Positions 1 to 10,289 of a DNA stretch of 64,000 bases are shown piece by piece. Below the pieces are notes generated by a model. It was not told the DNA's origin. It ran no database searches and saw only the letters and a program-made list of their open reading frames with translations. Source of the stretch: Haliotis rufescens (lineage: Eukaryota); NCBI RefSeq assembly GCF_023055435.1, contig NW_025963779.1:86676001-86740000 (forward strand), written 5' to 3'. How positions within the stretch are numbered: the first letter of the stretch is position 1; every line of letters begins with the position of its first letter. The translations under genes were made by a program, and so were the position numbers.

Positions 1-1034
1 TAATCGGGGCGAACCGGGATTCGAACCCACAATCATAGGTTTCTGGCGTGTCCAGGGACGCAACTCTGCACAGCGAATCGCGGCGCCTTAGACGACTGGG
101 CCACCCGTGCCCCCAAATCGTGTTTGAAAACGTGTAGTTTGGGAAGATAAGCCATGTGGGGTCCGTCTCTACATATGAAGTTGACAGTGACAACCAGGAC
201 AAGGTGTTGAGTGAGTTAGTGGGTGGGCTGGTGAGTGGGTGAGTGAGTGAGTGAGTGAGTGAGTGAGTGGGTGGGCTGGTGAGTGAGTGGGTTCGGCTGG
301 TGAGTGAGTGAGTGGGTGGGCTGGTGAGTGAGTGAGTGGGCGGGCTGGTGAGTGAGAGAGTGGGCTGGTGAGTGAGTGAGTGAATGAGTGAGTGAGGTGT
401 AAGGACGTTTTCGACAATATTTCAGTGATATCACGGCGACTCAGCTTAATGTGGGAGGTACACCCGAAGTGATGCAGGTCGTAGATGTTCATTGCCTTGG
501 TCAAACCCACGAACATGAGTATCGTGTCGACAAACCTAGAAACCTAATCATGGCGAATCGGGGTGTGCAACCAGTGATCAAAGGTTTTACGAAGGCCTCT
601 GCACATCGAATTGGCCTATGATCACGGGTATGGTGCTGTAAATTATTATTTAAATGCGTTCAGAAGAAACTAAAGATAACTCATACCTTATTAATTACAC
701 TAATATATGAAGGTCGGTTATTATAATCTACTAAACAATACAGTGTAGTCCAACATGTATTTGGGTGACTGTGAACAGTACAAACCGCTACGAGCGTGGG
801 GAAATGCACGGAACGCCAGCATGGGTCTTGCTCTGTGCATAAAACATAAGATTGTGTAGTGAGCGTGTTCTTGCTGCACCTGTGCAAGGGTTTTCTCTTC
901 TTGTTGGTGGAGTGGTCGAGTGACAACTTCTCTTCCTTCTACACTGTTCTTGTGAAATATTAAAAACTCTTCTTGTTTTCGCTTTCCGTATACACAACAC
1001 TTCCTGACATGAGAGAGGACGAGTTATTGTCTTG

Positions 1035-1275
1035 TGAGTGAGCAATGTTTTACGCCCTTGAACGGTATTTCATTTACTTCAGGGCGTGCCAGCTTTATGT
1101 GGGAGAAAACCCCAGGTGATGACTGTTACTAATTGGGTGAAACCCACCAACTCGGGCATGGAGCTGGCACACCCAGAAACATGATCAGGGTCCATTTTGG
1201 GTTCCAACCCACGATCTTATGTTTCTGACAGAACTCTGCCTAGCGCCTCAAACGACTGGGCCGCTCGTAACACCT
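1035..1275 (-). mobile_element. Old family-3 SINE (orthologs about 19559-19799 and 37676-37917; other relics 55345-55582 and 55948-56065 on +)
   Basis: Diverged match to 36471-36753. Confidence 0.65.
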
Positions 1276-1379
1276 GTCTGACATGACGAGCGAGGGGAAC
1301 GGAGGACATTCGAAAAATACAGGTTGTGTGATAGTTTTGACATTGGAGATGAATTCCACTATATTTTCAAATGTGAATA

Positions 1380-1530
1380 GGGGCGGTCGGGTAGCCTAGT
1401 GGCTAAAGCGTTCGCTCGTCACGCCGAAGACCCGGGTTCAATTCCCGACATGAGTGCTATGTGTGAAGCCCATATCTGGTGTCTGATATTGCTAAAAGCG
1501 GCGTTAAACCATACTCACTCACTCACTCAC
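1380..1530 (+). mobile_element. tRNA(Asp-like)-headed SINE, family 1 (orthologs 19905-20055 and 38023-38167)
   Basis: A box tagcctagtgg, ctcgtcacgc anticodon-like arm, B box ggttc(a/g)attccc, (actc)n tail. TSD tcaaatgt(g/a)aata. Confidence 0.9.
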
Positions 1531-2102
1531 TCAAATGTAAATATTTCAATGAACAAAGGGACATGTACATCCCAAAACACTATTTAAAAAGGCCAAATAT
1601 GTTACAACTCCAGCAATTATTTGTCATAAGATATCTGTCCAAAACAAACTATGTAAATTTATTAACATTATAATGAAAATTGTAAAAAACTCCCAGTTAA
1701 CCTCTGTCCACCGCAATGTAAAATACTGTTTGTACCTTGTATGCCGATGCGCTCGGCCTGAGAGAAATAAAGTGCTGTTCTGTGGTATTCTGGAGCACTT
1801 TGTGTCCTCCATATTTCGTCAACTCCGGCTGAATGATATCACAAGTTGTACTTCTTACAGCGCGGATATCTTCCCTCACCTATACAAACCGAACACCTAT
1901 ATACCAGTAGTTGTGTGAAAATTGATGTGTATAATTTTAACACGAACATTTTGTACAACTATCAAGTGAGGGAATAGATTTTAATCTGTCATCGACTGTT
2001 TACGGGGTGCTGGAGCAAGCAAACCAGTGGTTGATAGTGTGAGAGTCAAACTGCACACTCAGCCTTCCATAAAAGTGCACATTCTTCCTTGATTTCCGCG
2101 TA

Positions 2103-2275
2103 CAGTAAACTACGGGCATAACGAAATCAAAGGGGCCAGAAATTTTAGTTCGTTATAAGCGTAGTTCGTTATAAGAATATACACAGCATATATATGACAA
2201 ATGATCGGGACCAAACTATAAGTTCGTTATCATTAGTTCTTTAAAGAGCGTGTTCGTTATAAACATAGTTTACAG
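2103..2275. mobile_element. pogo/Tigger-like MITE (ortholog 38740-38910; 5' half deleted in Y)
   Basis: TA|cagtaaactacgg..ataacgaa ... ttcgttataaacatagtttacag|TA. Confidence 0.75.
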
Positions 2276-2540
2276 TAACTGCATCTACCTCGTGGACACA
2301 AATGGACAACAACAGGCAGATTTAAGCCTTGCAACGTTTTCCTATCGTTTGTAATTTGTTGGTCAAATCCAATTTTCAAGGGACCATTTTCTTTTGTCCA
2401 GCAGATCACATAAATCAATAACAGTAGTTCAGATTCATGTGGCACCAAAGACGATCTGAGCTTTAGTTCACCCCAGTGGTGTCAAAGGTAGACTATAGAT
2501 ATAGATTATAGTTAAAAATCCCCGGTCCATATACATAGGA

Positions 2541-2869
2541 GTTTCACGCCGCACTTAGCAATATTTCAGCTATTTGACGGCGGTCTGTAAATAATCGAGT
2601 CTGGAGCAGACAATCCAGTGATTGGCATCATGATCATCGATCCACGCAATTTGGAAAGTTTTACGATGACATGCATCAACCAAGTCAGCGAGTCTGACCA
2701 CCCGATCCTGTTAGTCGCCTCTTACGACAAGCTCGTCACCACTTGGCTGAAATAATGCCAATGTGACGTTACATTTTAACCCACTCACTCACTCTCGCAA
2801 CAAGGAAAGTCGCTTTTTACGGCAGGCATGGGTTGCTGAAGACCCATTCTAACCCGTATCTTCACTGGT
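2541..2869 (-). mobile_element. SINE-like family 2 (non-tRNA head) with a nested opposite-strand SINE tail at 2733-2795 (orthologs 20907-21229 and 39155-39645)
   Basis: Head cc(a/c)gtgaagat(a/c)cgggttagaat, motif cttgtcgtaagaggcgactaa, tail atattgctaagtgcggcg. Confidence 0.8.
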
Positions 2870-3467
2870 ATGTTTCGAAGAGAAATATGAAGCCAGTTTT
2901 AATATAACTGAATCATCTTGTTCAAACCGCCAACGTTACAGCTACGTGTGGACTCGGTATGCATGTTATCAATGTGGACAACAAGCCCCGCATGGCGTGG
3001 GCTATTTATAACCACCCCGTTCTCGTGTCCTCACACTCAAACATTTTACAGACGATTCATTGAGTATTGAATTGAACACAAGTTTTTTGTTAAAAAGTAA
3101 ATGCATACATTAACAACGATGTTTGTTTCATTGGAATAATACTTCTGAAAACATAACACGACTAGTGTTTCTAAACGGCGAGTTGGTTATTTCACAAGTC
3201 AAACGCTGTTTGCACGTAGAGATCGATTTAGCGCCTGACTCATATCAAGAGCACATAACTCTACACAATATTCGCAAGTGTTGATTCAATTATTCGGTAG
3301 AGCTCCTGCTAGCTGTACAATGCCAGTGTTCCCTCCGTTAGATTTAGCAATGGTGTCTTATATTAAAATATATTATACACCAAGCCGTTAAGGTTAACCA
3401 TATCTAAACAAGAACTGAAATAGGAAGCTGAAGGCGCAACGTGTATAGTACGTCGGCGATGAAGACT

Positions 3468-3550
3468 ACGTTGTGCCTACGTTGTGTCGACGTTGTGCCT
3501 ACGTTGTGTCGACGTTGTGCCTACGTTGTGCCTATGTTGTGTCGACGTTG
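3468..3550. repeat. 11-bp minisatellite acgttgtg(cct/tcg), with variable copy number among X, Y and Z
   Basis: Also at about 21832, 22670 and 40246. Confidence 0.9.
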
Positions 3551-3831
3551 TACCCACCCGCTGACTGACAGTACTCGGAGGGCCACCCTGTCGAAGAGAC
3601 ACAAGGTAGACGACAGAACACACAGTGAGTATAACATGACAGTTGACTAACACCATGTGACAGTGGGCAATACTGTTCACTGCCGGAGACGATTCTCTGT
3701 TTAATCTGGGTGTATATTCTTTACACAGGCCACTGTCGTGTCCCACAGTTCACAGTTACTTTGTATGAAAACACTACAGTCTGTATCTCCATGTACGTTT
3801 ATAGAAGCTGTCACTTGAGTGTGTGAAATCA

Positions 3832-4204
3832 TTTGTAACCAGAATTTTATTGAGGACGAATATCATTTTGTGCTTATATGCAATGCTTATAGTGATTTAA
3901 GAGCTGAATACATTTCTCCTAAATATTTTACAACCCCTTCTAAAAATAAATTTAATGCTCTTATGTCATCCACTAACTTTAAAATTATACGAAATCTAGC
4001 AGTCTACGTTTACAAAGCTTTTCGACTTCGGTCATTACATACAGTCTAAATATTTATTTGTATATATGCATGCGTATGTGTATGAATGTGTATGGATATG
4101 GATATATATGTAAAATAGTGGTAATTCTTTTTTCTCCCTCTCTCTGTTAATAGTTCTGTGTAATAGGCCTACGGCCTAACACTTTTTGTGAATAAAACAA
4201 TTAC
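3832..4204 (+). mobile_element. 5'-truncated 3' end of a second, related LINE family
   Basis: Encodes ICNQNFIEDEYHFVLICNAY..LAVYVYKAF (the ORF2 C-terminal Cys/His motif) followed by an aataaaacaattac tail. Absent from copy Y (empty site 23072-23084). Confidence 0.85.
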
Positions 4205-4600
4205 AATACACTCGATTGTCACTGACAGTAGTTCACAGGGTATCGGATGCCATTTGAGTTTTAATGCATAGTAAACGTTACAGCTACACCATCTTCCCGA
4301 GTCAAGGAAGTTAACTGACTATAAAAGTCCAGTTTCCACCCTCCCCGAACTAGGCTGAAATTATGGAGTTATATTTTGGTCGATTGCAGGACTTGTAAAG
4401 CATGTGTACAGCCAACTCGGGGTCAACAGCTATTTTCCAAATCTTTTCAGGTTTTTAATCAAGGTACTCATGTCATTTGATGCACTTCGCGATGTAAGAA
4501 CCGTTTTATCACAATATAATTTTGATTATCGATCAGATTATTTCGACTGCGCGCCGTCATTTTGTTTGAAGCAAACGCAAGTGATATGAGATGTGGAATC

Positions 4601-4700
4601 TGATTGGTCAATAGGAGGGTTATAGAAGGAACGTAACTCGTAATAGCCACTGGTGGCGCAACGATCGAGAAATGCCAGTCTAGTTCGGAGAGGGTAGGCT
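4601..4700 (+). promoter_or_regulatory. Possible BTB-A promoter and short non-coding first exon
   Basis: Inverted CCAAT (gattgg at 4602), TATA-like ttatagaa at 4620, donor-like gg|gtaggc at 4694. The arrangement is largely retained in Y and Z. Confidence 0.3.
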
Positions 4701-4972
4701 TTTACAGTCAGTTGACACCTTGCTTCGGGAGGAAGCAGCTACACATGTACTGTGCATATAATCTAAATGTACAAAAAAAACAAAACAAACACTGTTATTT
4801 GGTGATTACTTCAAAGAACTTACGTTTTTTGTCAGGCATTGAATAATTCGTCGTGAATAGGGTCTTGGGGCAAGTCTGAAGTCATCGCTACGCTTTGTTT
4901 CACGACAAGAACACGGAGCTGTGCAAAAGAAATTTTCAAATGTTTCTAAACTTTCTCATTACAGAAGCGGCC

Positions 4973-5764
4973 ATGGAAAAGTCAAAGAACTTGTTTTCCG
5001 AGGCATGCCTGACCAGTGATGTGGCGCTTGTAGTCGAGGGTAAAAAACTGCACGTGAACAAAACAGTACTTTCGCTTGCATCTCCAGTCTTTGAAAAAAT
5101 GTTCTTTGGGGAATTCAAAGAGAAAACCTTATTAGAAGTTCCCCTACCCGGGAAGACATACGACGACATGGTAGAGCTGCTTCTGTGCATTTACCCATCG
5201 ACCACCAATCTGATCACAGCAGACAACATTGACGCACTACTTCCATTAGCGGAGGAATACCTTATGACGTCACTAAAACAACGCTGTCGCACGTTTGTCA
5301 CAACCTACCTGAAACTAAACGTGAAAACTTTATCCAAGTCTCAGCTGGTACATTTCATGCATCTAGCAGACAAATATGACTTTGATGATGTTCTTGAGGA
5401 TTGTCTGACCCAGGCTGTGTACATTGAATACAGTGATGTCAATGGGCTACAACACCAGGAGGGGTTCCAAGATCTCTGCGACAAGACAGCTGTCCAGTTC
5501 TTTAAGCGACGATTGGTGTTGGTGGAGGGACTTGTCAGACCGGTTTTGGAGAGCTCCACCACTGCTTCCGGGAACCTCCAAGAGGACTTCCAGACTATCA
5601 TCAGCGGCAAGTGTAACGAGTTCTCCCACCGCCATGCAAGGCACGAATGTCGAGAATGTAAGGCTGTGTGTTGCGGGCGATGTCGGAAGCTCGGCACTGA
5701 AGCGATGGAAGATTTAGCTCACGTTATCAAGAATATGCTGCCTGCTTTCAAAGAGTCTGAATAG
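4973..5764 (+). CDS. BTB/POZ-domain protein A1 (263 aa) with helical post-BTB region and C-terminal Cys/His cluster
   Basis: BTB motifs SDVALVVEGKKLHVNKTVLSLASPVFEKMF and LLPLAEEY..LKQRC. ATG in gccATGG context 8 nt after a splice acceptor (ctaaactttctcattacag, AG 4963-64). AATAAA near 5850. Confidence 0.88.
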   Translation: MEKSKNLFSEACLTSDVALVVEGKKLHVNKTVLSLASPVFEKMFFGEFKEKTLLEVPLPGKTYDDMVELLLCIYPSTTNLITADNIDALLPLAEEYLMTSLKQRCRTFVTTYLKLNVKTLSKSQLVHFMHLADKYDFDDVLEDCLTQAVYIEYSDVNGLQHQEGFQDLCDKTAVQFFKRRLVLVEGLVRPVLESSTTASGNLQEDFQTIISGKCNEFSHRHARHECRECKAVCCGRCRKLGTEAMEDLAHVIKNMLPAFKESE

Positions 5765-6430
5765 TAATCGTTTTACAAGTCAGACGTACATTTTGATCTT
5801 GGGATGCAGACATTCACAAAAACTGGAGAATGTCAGTTATGAATTGGAGAATAAAACATGTTTCGCCTCAGTCAATAGCACAAAAGCAAAATCAAGGCGA
5901 CCTGTAAATATACGAGACCTGGCCAACCATTGGCTTAACACCGATCAATAGTTTCCATGTACATACTCAAACAGTTGACACCGGATCCTCATTTAAGTCG
6001 TCTTTTACACCAATCCTGTTTATTTGGGACGTCCACAACGAGGACTTTGTTAACGACAAATTGTGGGACACGTGAATGTTGTTAATCCACGTGTATTGTC
6101 ATCGTGCATAATCATCAGTTTGACGGTAGTATGTTTTATATAGTCGTTTACGATGTTTTGACAACTTTATGTTTGATACACGCGTGAATCATATTATACA
6201 TGTATGTATCTGAAAAAGAAATAGGTGTTCTTGTGTTTGTAATATGCCAGGTCAAATGTTGAAATGCTAGCTGTCTTCTAAGCGTCAGCACCATTACCTT
6301 CTAGAACGTTCAGTCTTATATTGTAATGTGTACATGAAATAACAGGACGGCAGTAGTATATAGGCAGTACTTTGGATCTGCGTACACGACTTGTGCCACT
6401 ACGTAGGTGGCATCACATTGAATTATACTA

Positions 6431-6652
6431 CACTGCCGGGCAAAAGAAAATATACTTATGGTTGATGGTGGCTTAATTGAAAAAACAAGAACTGGTTATT
6501 CGATAGTGATGTATTTGATACGGGTATCACAGTTGTGTTTTGTGCCTTAAGTTTGCAGTGTTTCGGCGACTGTTTTCAGCCTAGTAACGTTTTGATAACG
6601 TTTGTAATATTTCGGCAAAATCCATTTTGCAAGTGTCTTTTGCCCGGCAGTT
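6431..6652. mobile_element. Tc1/mariner-type MITE (orthologs 25304-25525 and internally deleted 43212-43305; independent copy 56213-56435)
   Basis: TIR cactgccgggcaaaaga / tcttttgcccggcagtt, flanked by TA. Confidence 0.85.
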
Positions 6653-7469
6653 TACACTAAGCAATAACAACAGTTTAGTTTCACGTTGTATCAGAGACCA
6701 TGTGAGCTATACTTCAGCCCAGGGATGTCATGCAACTAAGTCCTCAGGTCCACATACATATGCCAGAGTTTAACAAATTCGAATAAATCTTGGTTTTTAG
6801 CAGTTCATATCTCTTGTAAATAGAATGTTTGACACATAAATATCAAACGTCAGCGTCAAAGAATAGTCAGCGTCGATTGTCTGAGGAAACAGATTCCTTT
6901 GGGCGTAAAAAGCAAAATCGGTGTGAAAATGATATGAATGGATCACTGTAAATCTGCGATTGCACCAGGTGTTCAGGATATGAACAGTTTTACTGTGACA
7001 GAATCATCTTGTTCAAACAGCCGACGCTACAGCTTCGCAAGGACTCTTTGTGTATGTAATGTATATGTAAAACAAACACCTCACGACATTGGCTATTTAT
7101 AGCGACCTCGTACTAGTGTTGCCATGCTTAAACCTGTATACAGACGAATCAATTGGTATTGAACGGGACACACGTGACACGATCGACGAACGTACTCTTT
7201 AAGTGCATACGTTCAAGAGCAGATAACTCTGAACATTATTCGCCACAGTTTTGATGCAAATTCCACTTCCTGCTGTAAAGTGCCTGGTGTCTGCGTTGTG
7301 GTCTGTGGCCTTGGTGACTGCCTACTCGCTACCCTGCTCAAGAGATACAAGGTTGACGATAGTGAGTATAACATGACAGTGGCCTGGCACCATGTGACTA
7401 GTGTACAATACTGTTCACTGCCGGAGACGCTTCCTCAGTTTTATCCGGAAGTATATTCTATTGTTTTGA

Positions 7470-7639
7470 GGGGCGGTCGGGTAACCTAGTGGTTAAAGCG
7501 TTCGCTCGTCACGCCGAAGACCCTGGTTCGATTCCCGACATGGGTACAATGTGTGAAGCCCATTTCTGGTGTCTCCTGCCGTGATATTGCTGGAATATTG
7601 CTAAAAGCGACGTAAAACCATACTCACTCACTCCTTCAC
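7470..7639 (+). mobile_element. SINE family 1 (orthologs 26244-26412 and 44123-44292)
   Basis: Full length with a 13-bp TSD tctattgttttga. Confidence 0.9.
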
Positions 7640-8747
7640 TCTATTGTTTCGACACCCTGGCGGTTTTTACGGATAAACGGATTCGGATTCTCGTATGCTG
7701 TGTATTCTCAGAAAAAAAACACCATCGGTGGTACATGAGTATACATTACAATACAGTTCCTGAGGCCTAGATAACATACAAGTAGGGATCCTAGACGATT
7801 GCGTAATGTTGCCGTCTGATGAAAAAAAAGAAAACTACTATTAGATCTACCATTAAAAAAGGGTTTGATTCTAAACAAAGTATCAAAATATACACACATT
7901 ACGGGAAAAATTAGTTTCACAGGTGTGAATTAACTGTTAATTGAATAAAACTATTATATCTGTCTGTGACAGCTGGCTTATTCACTCACCTAAAAAAACA
8001 ACGAAAACACATTTAAGTACCGAACTAATGCAGTTAATATTTTCATAAAATATGTTTTCACCTCTGTATACAATAAGAAATAGTATGAATAATGATAAAG
8101 TATTTAAGAATAATGAAAAAACACCAGACTCTGCCCAAACAAGTAAATGGTCCATCAGTGTCTGGAGCTCATGGGCGTCTGCTACACCAAAATATGATAT
8201 TTCCTTACAACTATTAATAAATGACTTGGTCTTCATGATATAGCGGCCCCAGAGAATAGTATTTAGAGTTACATCCCCTCACTTTCTTGACAACTTGTTT
8301 TACAGCAGAAAATAGTTATTGCCTGACGCCGAACATGCAGTCATGCGACAATTCCGAAGTAGATGTCTTGATCAATTTGAGAATGTGCTTTACGAATCTT
8401 GACCCCCCATAATATAAAGCTCAAAGTGTGCTAAGAATACAAATTATGAAAGGTAATACGTCAAATTGTGTGCATCTGTTCAAAAGCCGAAGACAATATT
8501 AGCGGGAAGACATGATTAATAAACAAAAGTCTGTTGTCGTGTGCAACTCAATGCCAACAAACCACTTTTTACCAATATTCAGTCACATTACCTGTCGAGA
8601 TGAGTGTATTTGGCCAAAGCTGAAACGTCAAAAATTCACGAAAAGGAAATTAACTGTCAAAAAACCAACTCTCGGTGGCGCGTATGTGACCGTATGAGAC
8701 CGTCGTCTCATGCTCCTAATATAGAATTTCTTATTACAGAAGCGGCC

Positions 8748-9377
8748 ATGGAAAATTCTGAGAACATGTTTTCCGAGGAATCCCTGACAAGTGATGTGGC
8801 GCTTGTAGTCGAGGACCAAAAGCTGCACGTGAACAAAACGGTACTTTCGCTTGCATCTCCAGTCTTTGAAAAAATGTTCTTTGGGGAGTTCAAAGAGAAA
8901 ACCTTATTAGAAGTTCCGCTACCCGGGAAGATATACGACGACATGGTAGAGCTGCTACTGTGCATCTACCCATCGACCGCCAATCCGGTCACAGTAGACA
9001 ACATTGACGCACTACTTCCACTAGCGGAGGAATATGCAATGATGTCTCTAAAACAACGCTGTCGCAGGTTTGTAAAGACCTACCTGAAACTACACGTGCG
9101 AACTTTATCCAAGTCTCAGCTGGTACATTTCATGCATCTAGCAGACCAATATGACTTTGATGATGTCCTTGAGGATTGTCTAGCTCGGGCTGTGCACATT
9201 GAATACAGTGGCACTAATGGGCTACAACACCAGGAGGAGTTCCAAGATCTCAGTGACAAGGCGGCTGTCCAGTTCTTTAAGCGGCGATTGGTGTTGATGG
9301 AGGGACCTGACAGACCGGTGGTGGCAAAAGCCGCCCCTACTGCGTTTATGAGATACCCAAAACCAGTAGTGAATTGA
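8748..9377 (+). CDS. BTB/POZ protein B1, C-terminally truncated (209 aa)
   Basis: Paralog of A with the same acceptor/ATG arrangement. The ORF is open but lacks the Cys/His tail present in B3. Confidence 0.75.
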   Translation: MENSENMFSEESLTSDVALVVEDQKLHVNKTVLSLASPVFEKMFFGEFKEKTLLEVPLPGKIYDDMVELLLCIYPSTANPVTVDNIDALLPLAEEYAMMSLKQRCRRFVKTYLKLHVRTLSKSQLVHFMHLADQYDFDDVLEDCLARAVHIEYSGTNGLQHQEEFQDLSDKAAVQFFKRRLVLMEGPDRPVVAKAAPTAFMRYPKPVVN

Positions 9378-9789
9378 TGAATGAAGTGTGTTTCGCTGCA
9401 GTCAGTAGCATAATAGCTATATCAAGGCGACCTGTAAATAATCGAGTCCTGGACATGCTCAAACAGTAGACACCGGATCTTAATTTAACTCGTCTCTAAC
9501 AACAATCCTGTGTTACTAGGCACATACACAAGGAGCCATTAAAGACAAATTGTATATACAACTATATAAGTGGTTCTTTGACAATAGATCTGAGTGAAAC
9601 TGTTGACATCGAATATGTTTCAGTTCTCTGTTGCTTATGTACATTAAAAGTTATTTCACAGAACGTCTAATCACAAGGATCACAATGTATGTTAGAACCA
9701 ATTTCCCTTCATCAAGTTTTTTTTTATCTAAGTTACAATCACTTTGCCTTCTCATGTTCAAGATTTTCACAAAGTAAAGGTAAAATTAT

Positions 9790-10262
9790 GTTTTGTTTGT
9801 TTGTTTATTTGTCGTATCTCTGCCTTACTTCAAAACGTCTTTACGTTGATAGATGGGACAAGAAAGGATTTCAGAGAAACTTAGCCTTATTGTTTTGTTT
9901 TGTTTGTTGTTTAACGCCGGACTCAGCAATAGTCCAGCTATATGACGGCAGTCTGTAAATAATCGAGTCAGGACCAGACAATCCAAGGATTGATATCATG
10001 AGTATCGATCCACGCAATTGGGATACGATGACATGCATCAACCAAGTCAGCGAGCCTGACCACCCGATCTCGTTAGTCGCCTCTTACGACAAGCATAATC
10101 GCCTGTTACGGAAAGCATGGGTTGCTGAAGACCTATTCTACCTCGGATCTTCACGGGGTGAGACAAGCATGGGCTGCTGAAGACCTATTCTACCTCGGAT
10201 CTTCACGGGGTGAGACTAGCTTGGGTTGCTGAAGACCTATTCTACCCCAGATCTTCACGTGT
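9790..10262 (-). mobile_element. SINE-like family 2 with three tandem 52-bp heads and a 3' extension (ortholog about 28555-29028)
   Basis: (aaac)n tail, about 70 bp of extension, then a second (aaac)n tail. Confidence 0.8.
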
Positions 10263-10289
10263 TCCTTCTATAATAAGCTGGCTTATGAC

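Larger units (their letters stand above)
1..10289. repeat. Tandem segmental duplication copy X (partial; begins before the window)
   Basis: Position 1 aligns to 36640 and 117 aligns to about 18506. The copy ends at ...gcttatgac (10289), where the next copy starts. Confidence 0.93.

Noticed and set aside
1380-1455. tRNA-Asp gene (and the tRNA-Leu-like head ending at 36753)
   Set aside because: No proper acceptor stem. Each continues into a SINE body, microsatellite tail and TSD.
4895-4972. N-terminal extensions of the BTB ORFs given in the ORF track
   Set aside because: They mostly begin at TTG or GTG, are not conserved between A and B, and span a branch/pyrimidine/AG acceptor, so they are intronic.
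4936-5717. Antisense and alternate-frame ORFs over the BTB and LINE genes
   Set aside because: Shadow ORFs that recur only because the region is duplicated.
7816-7840. Hammerhead core CTGATGA...GAAA
   Set aside because: Only an A-run separates the motifs, with no stem II.
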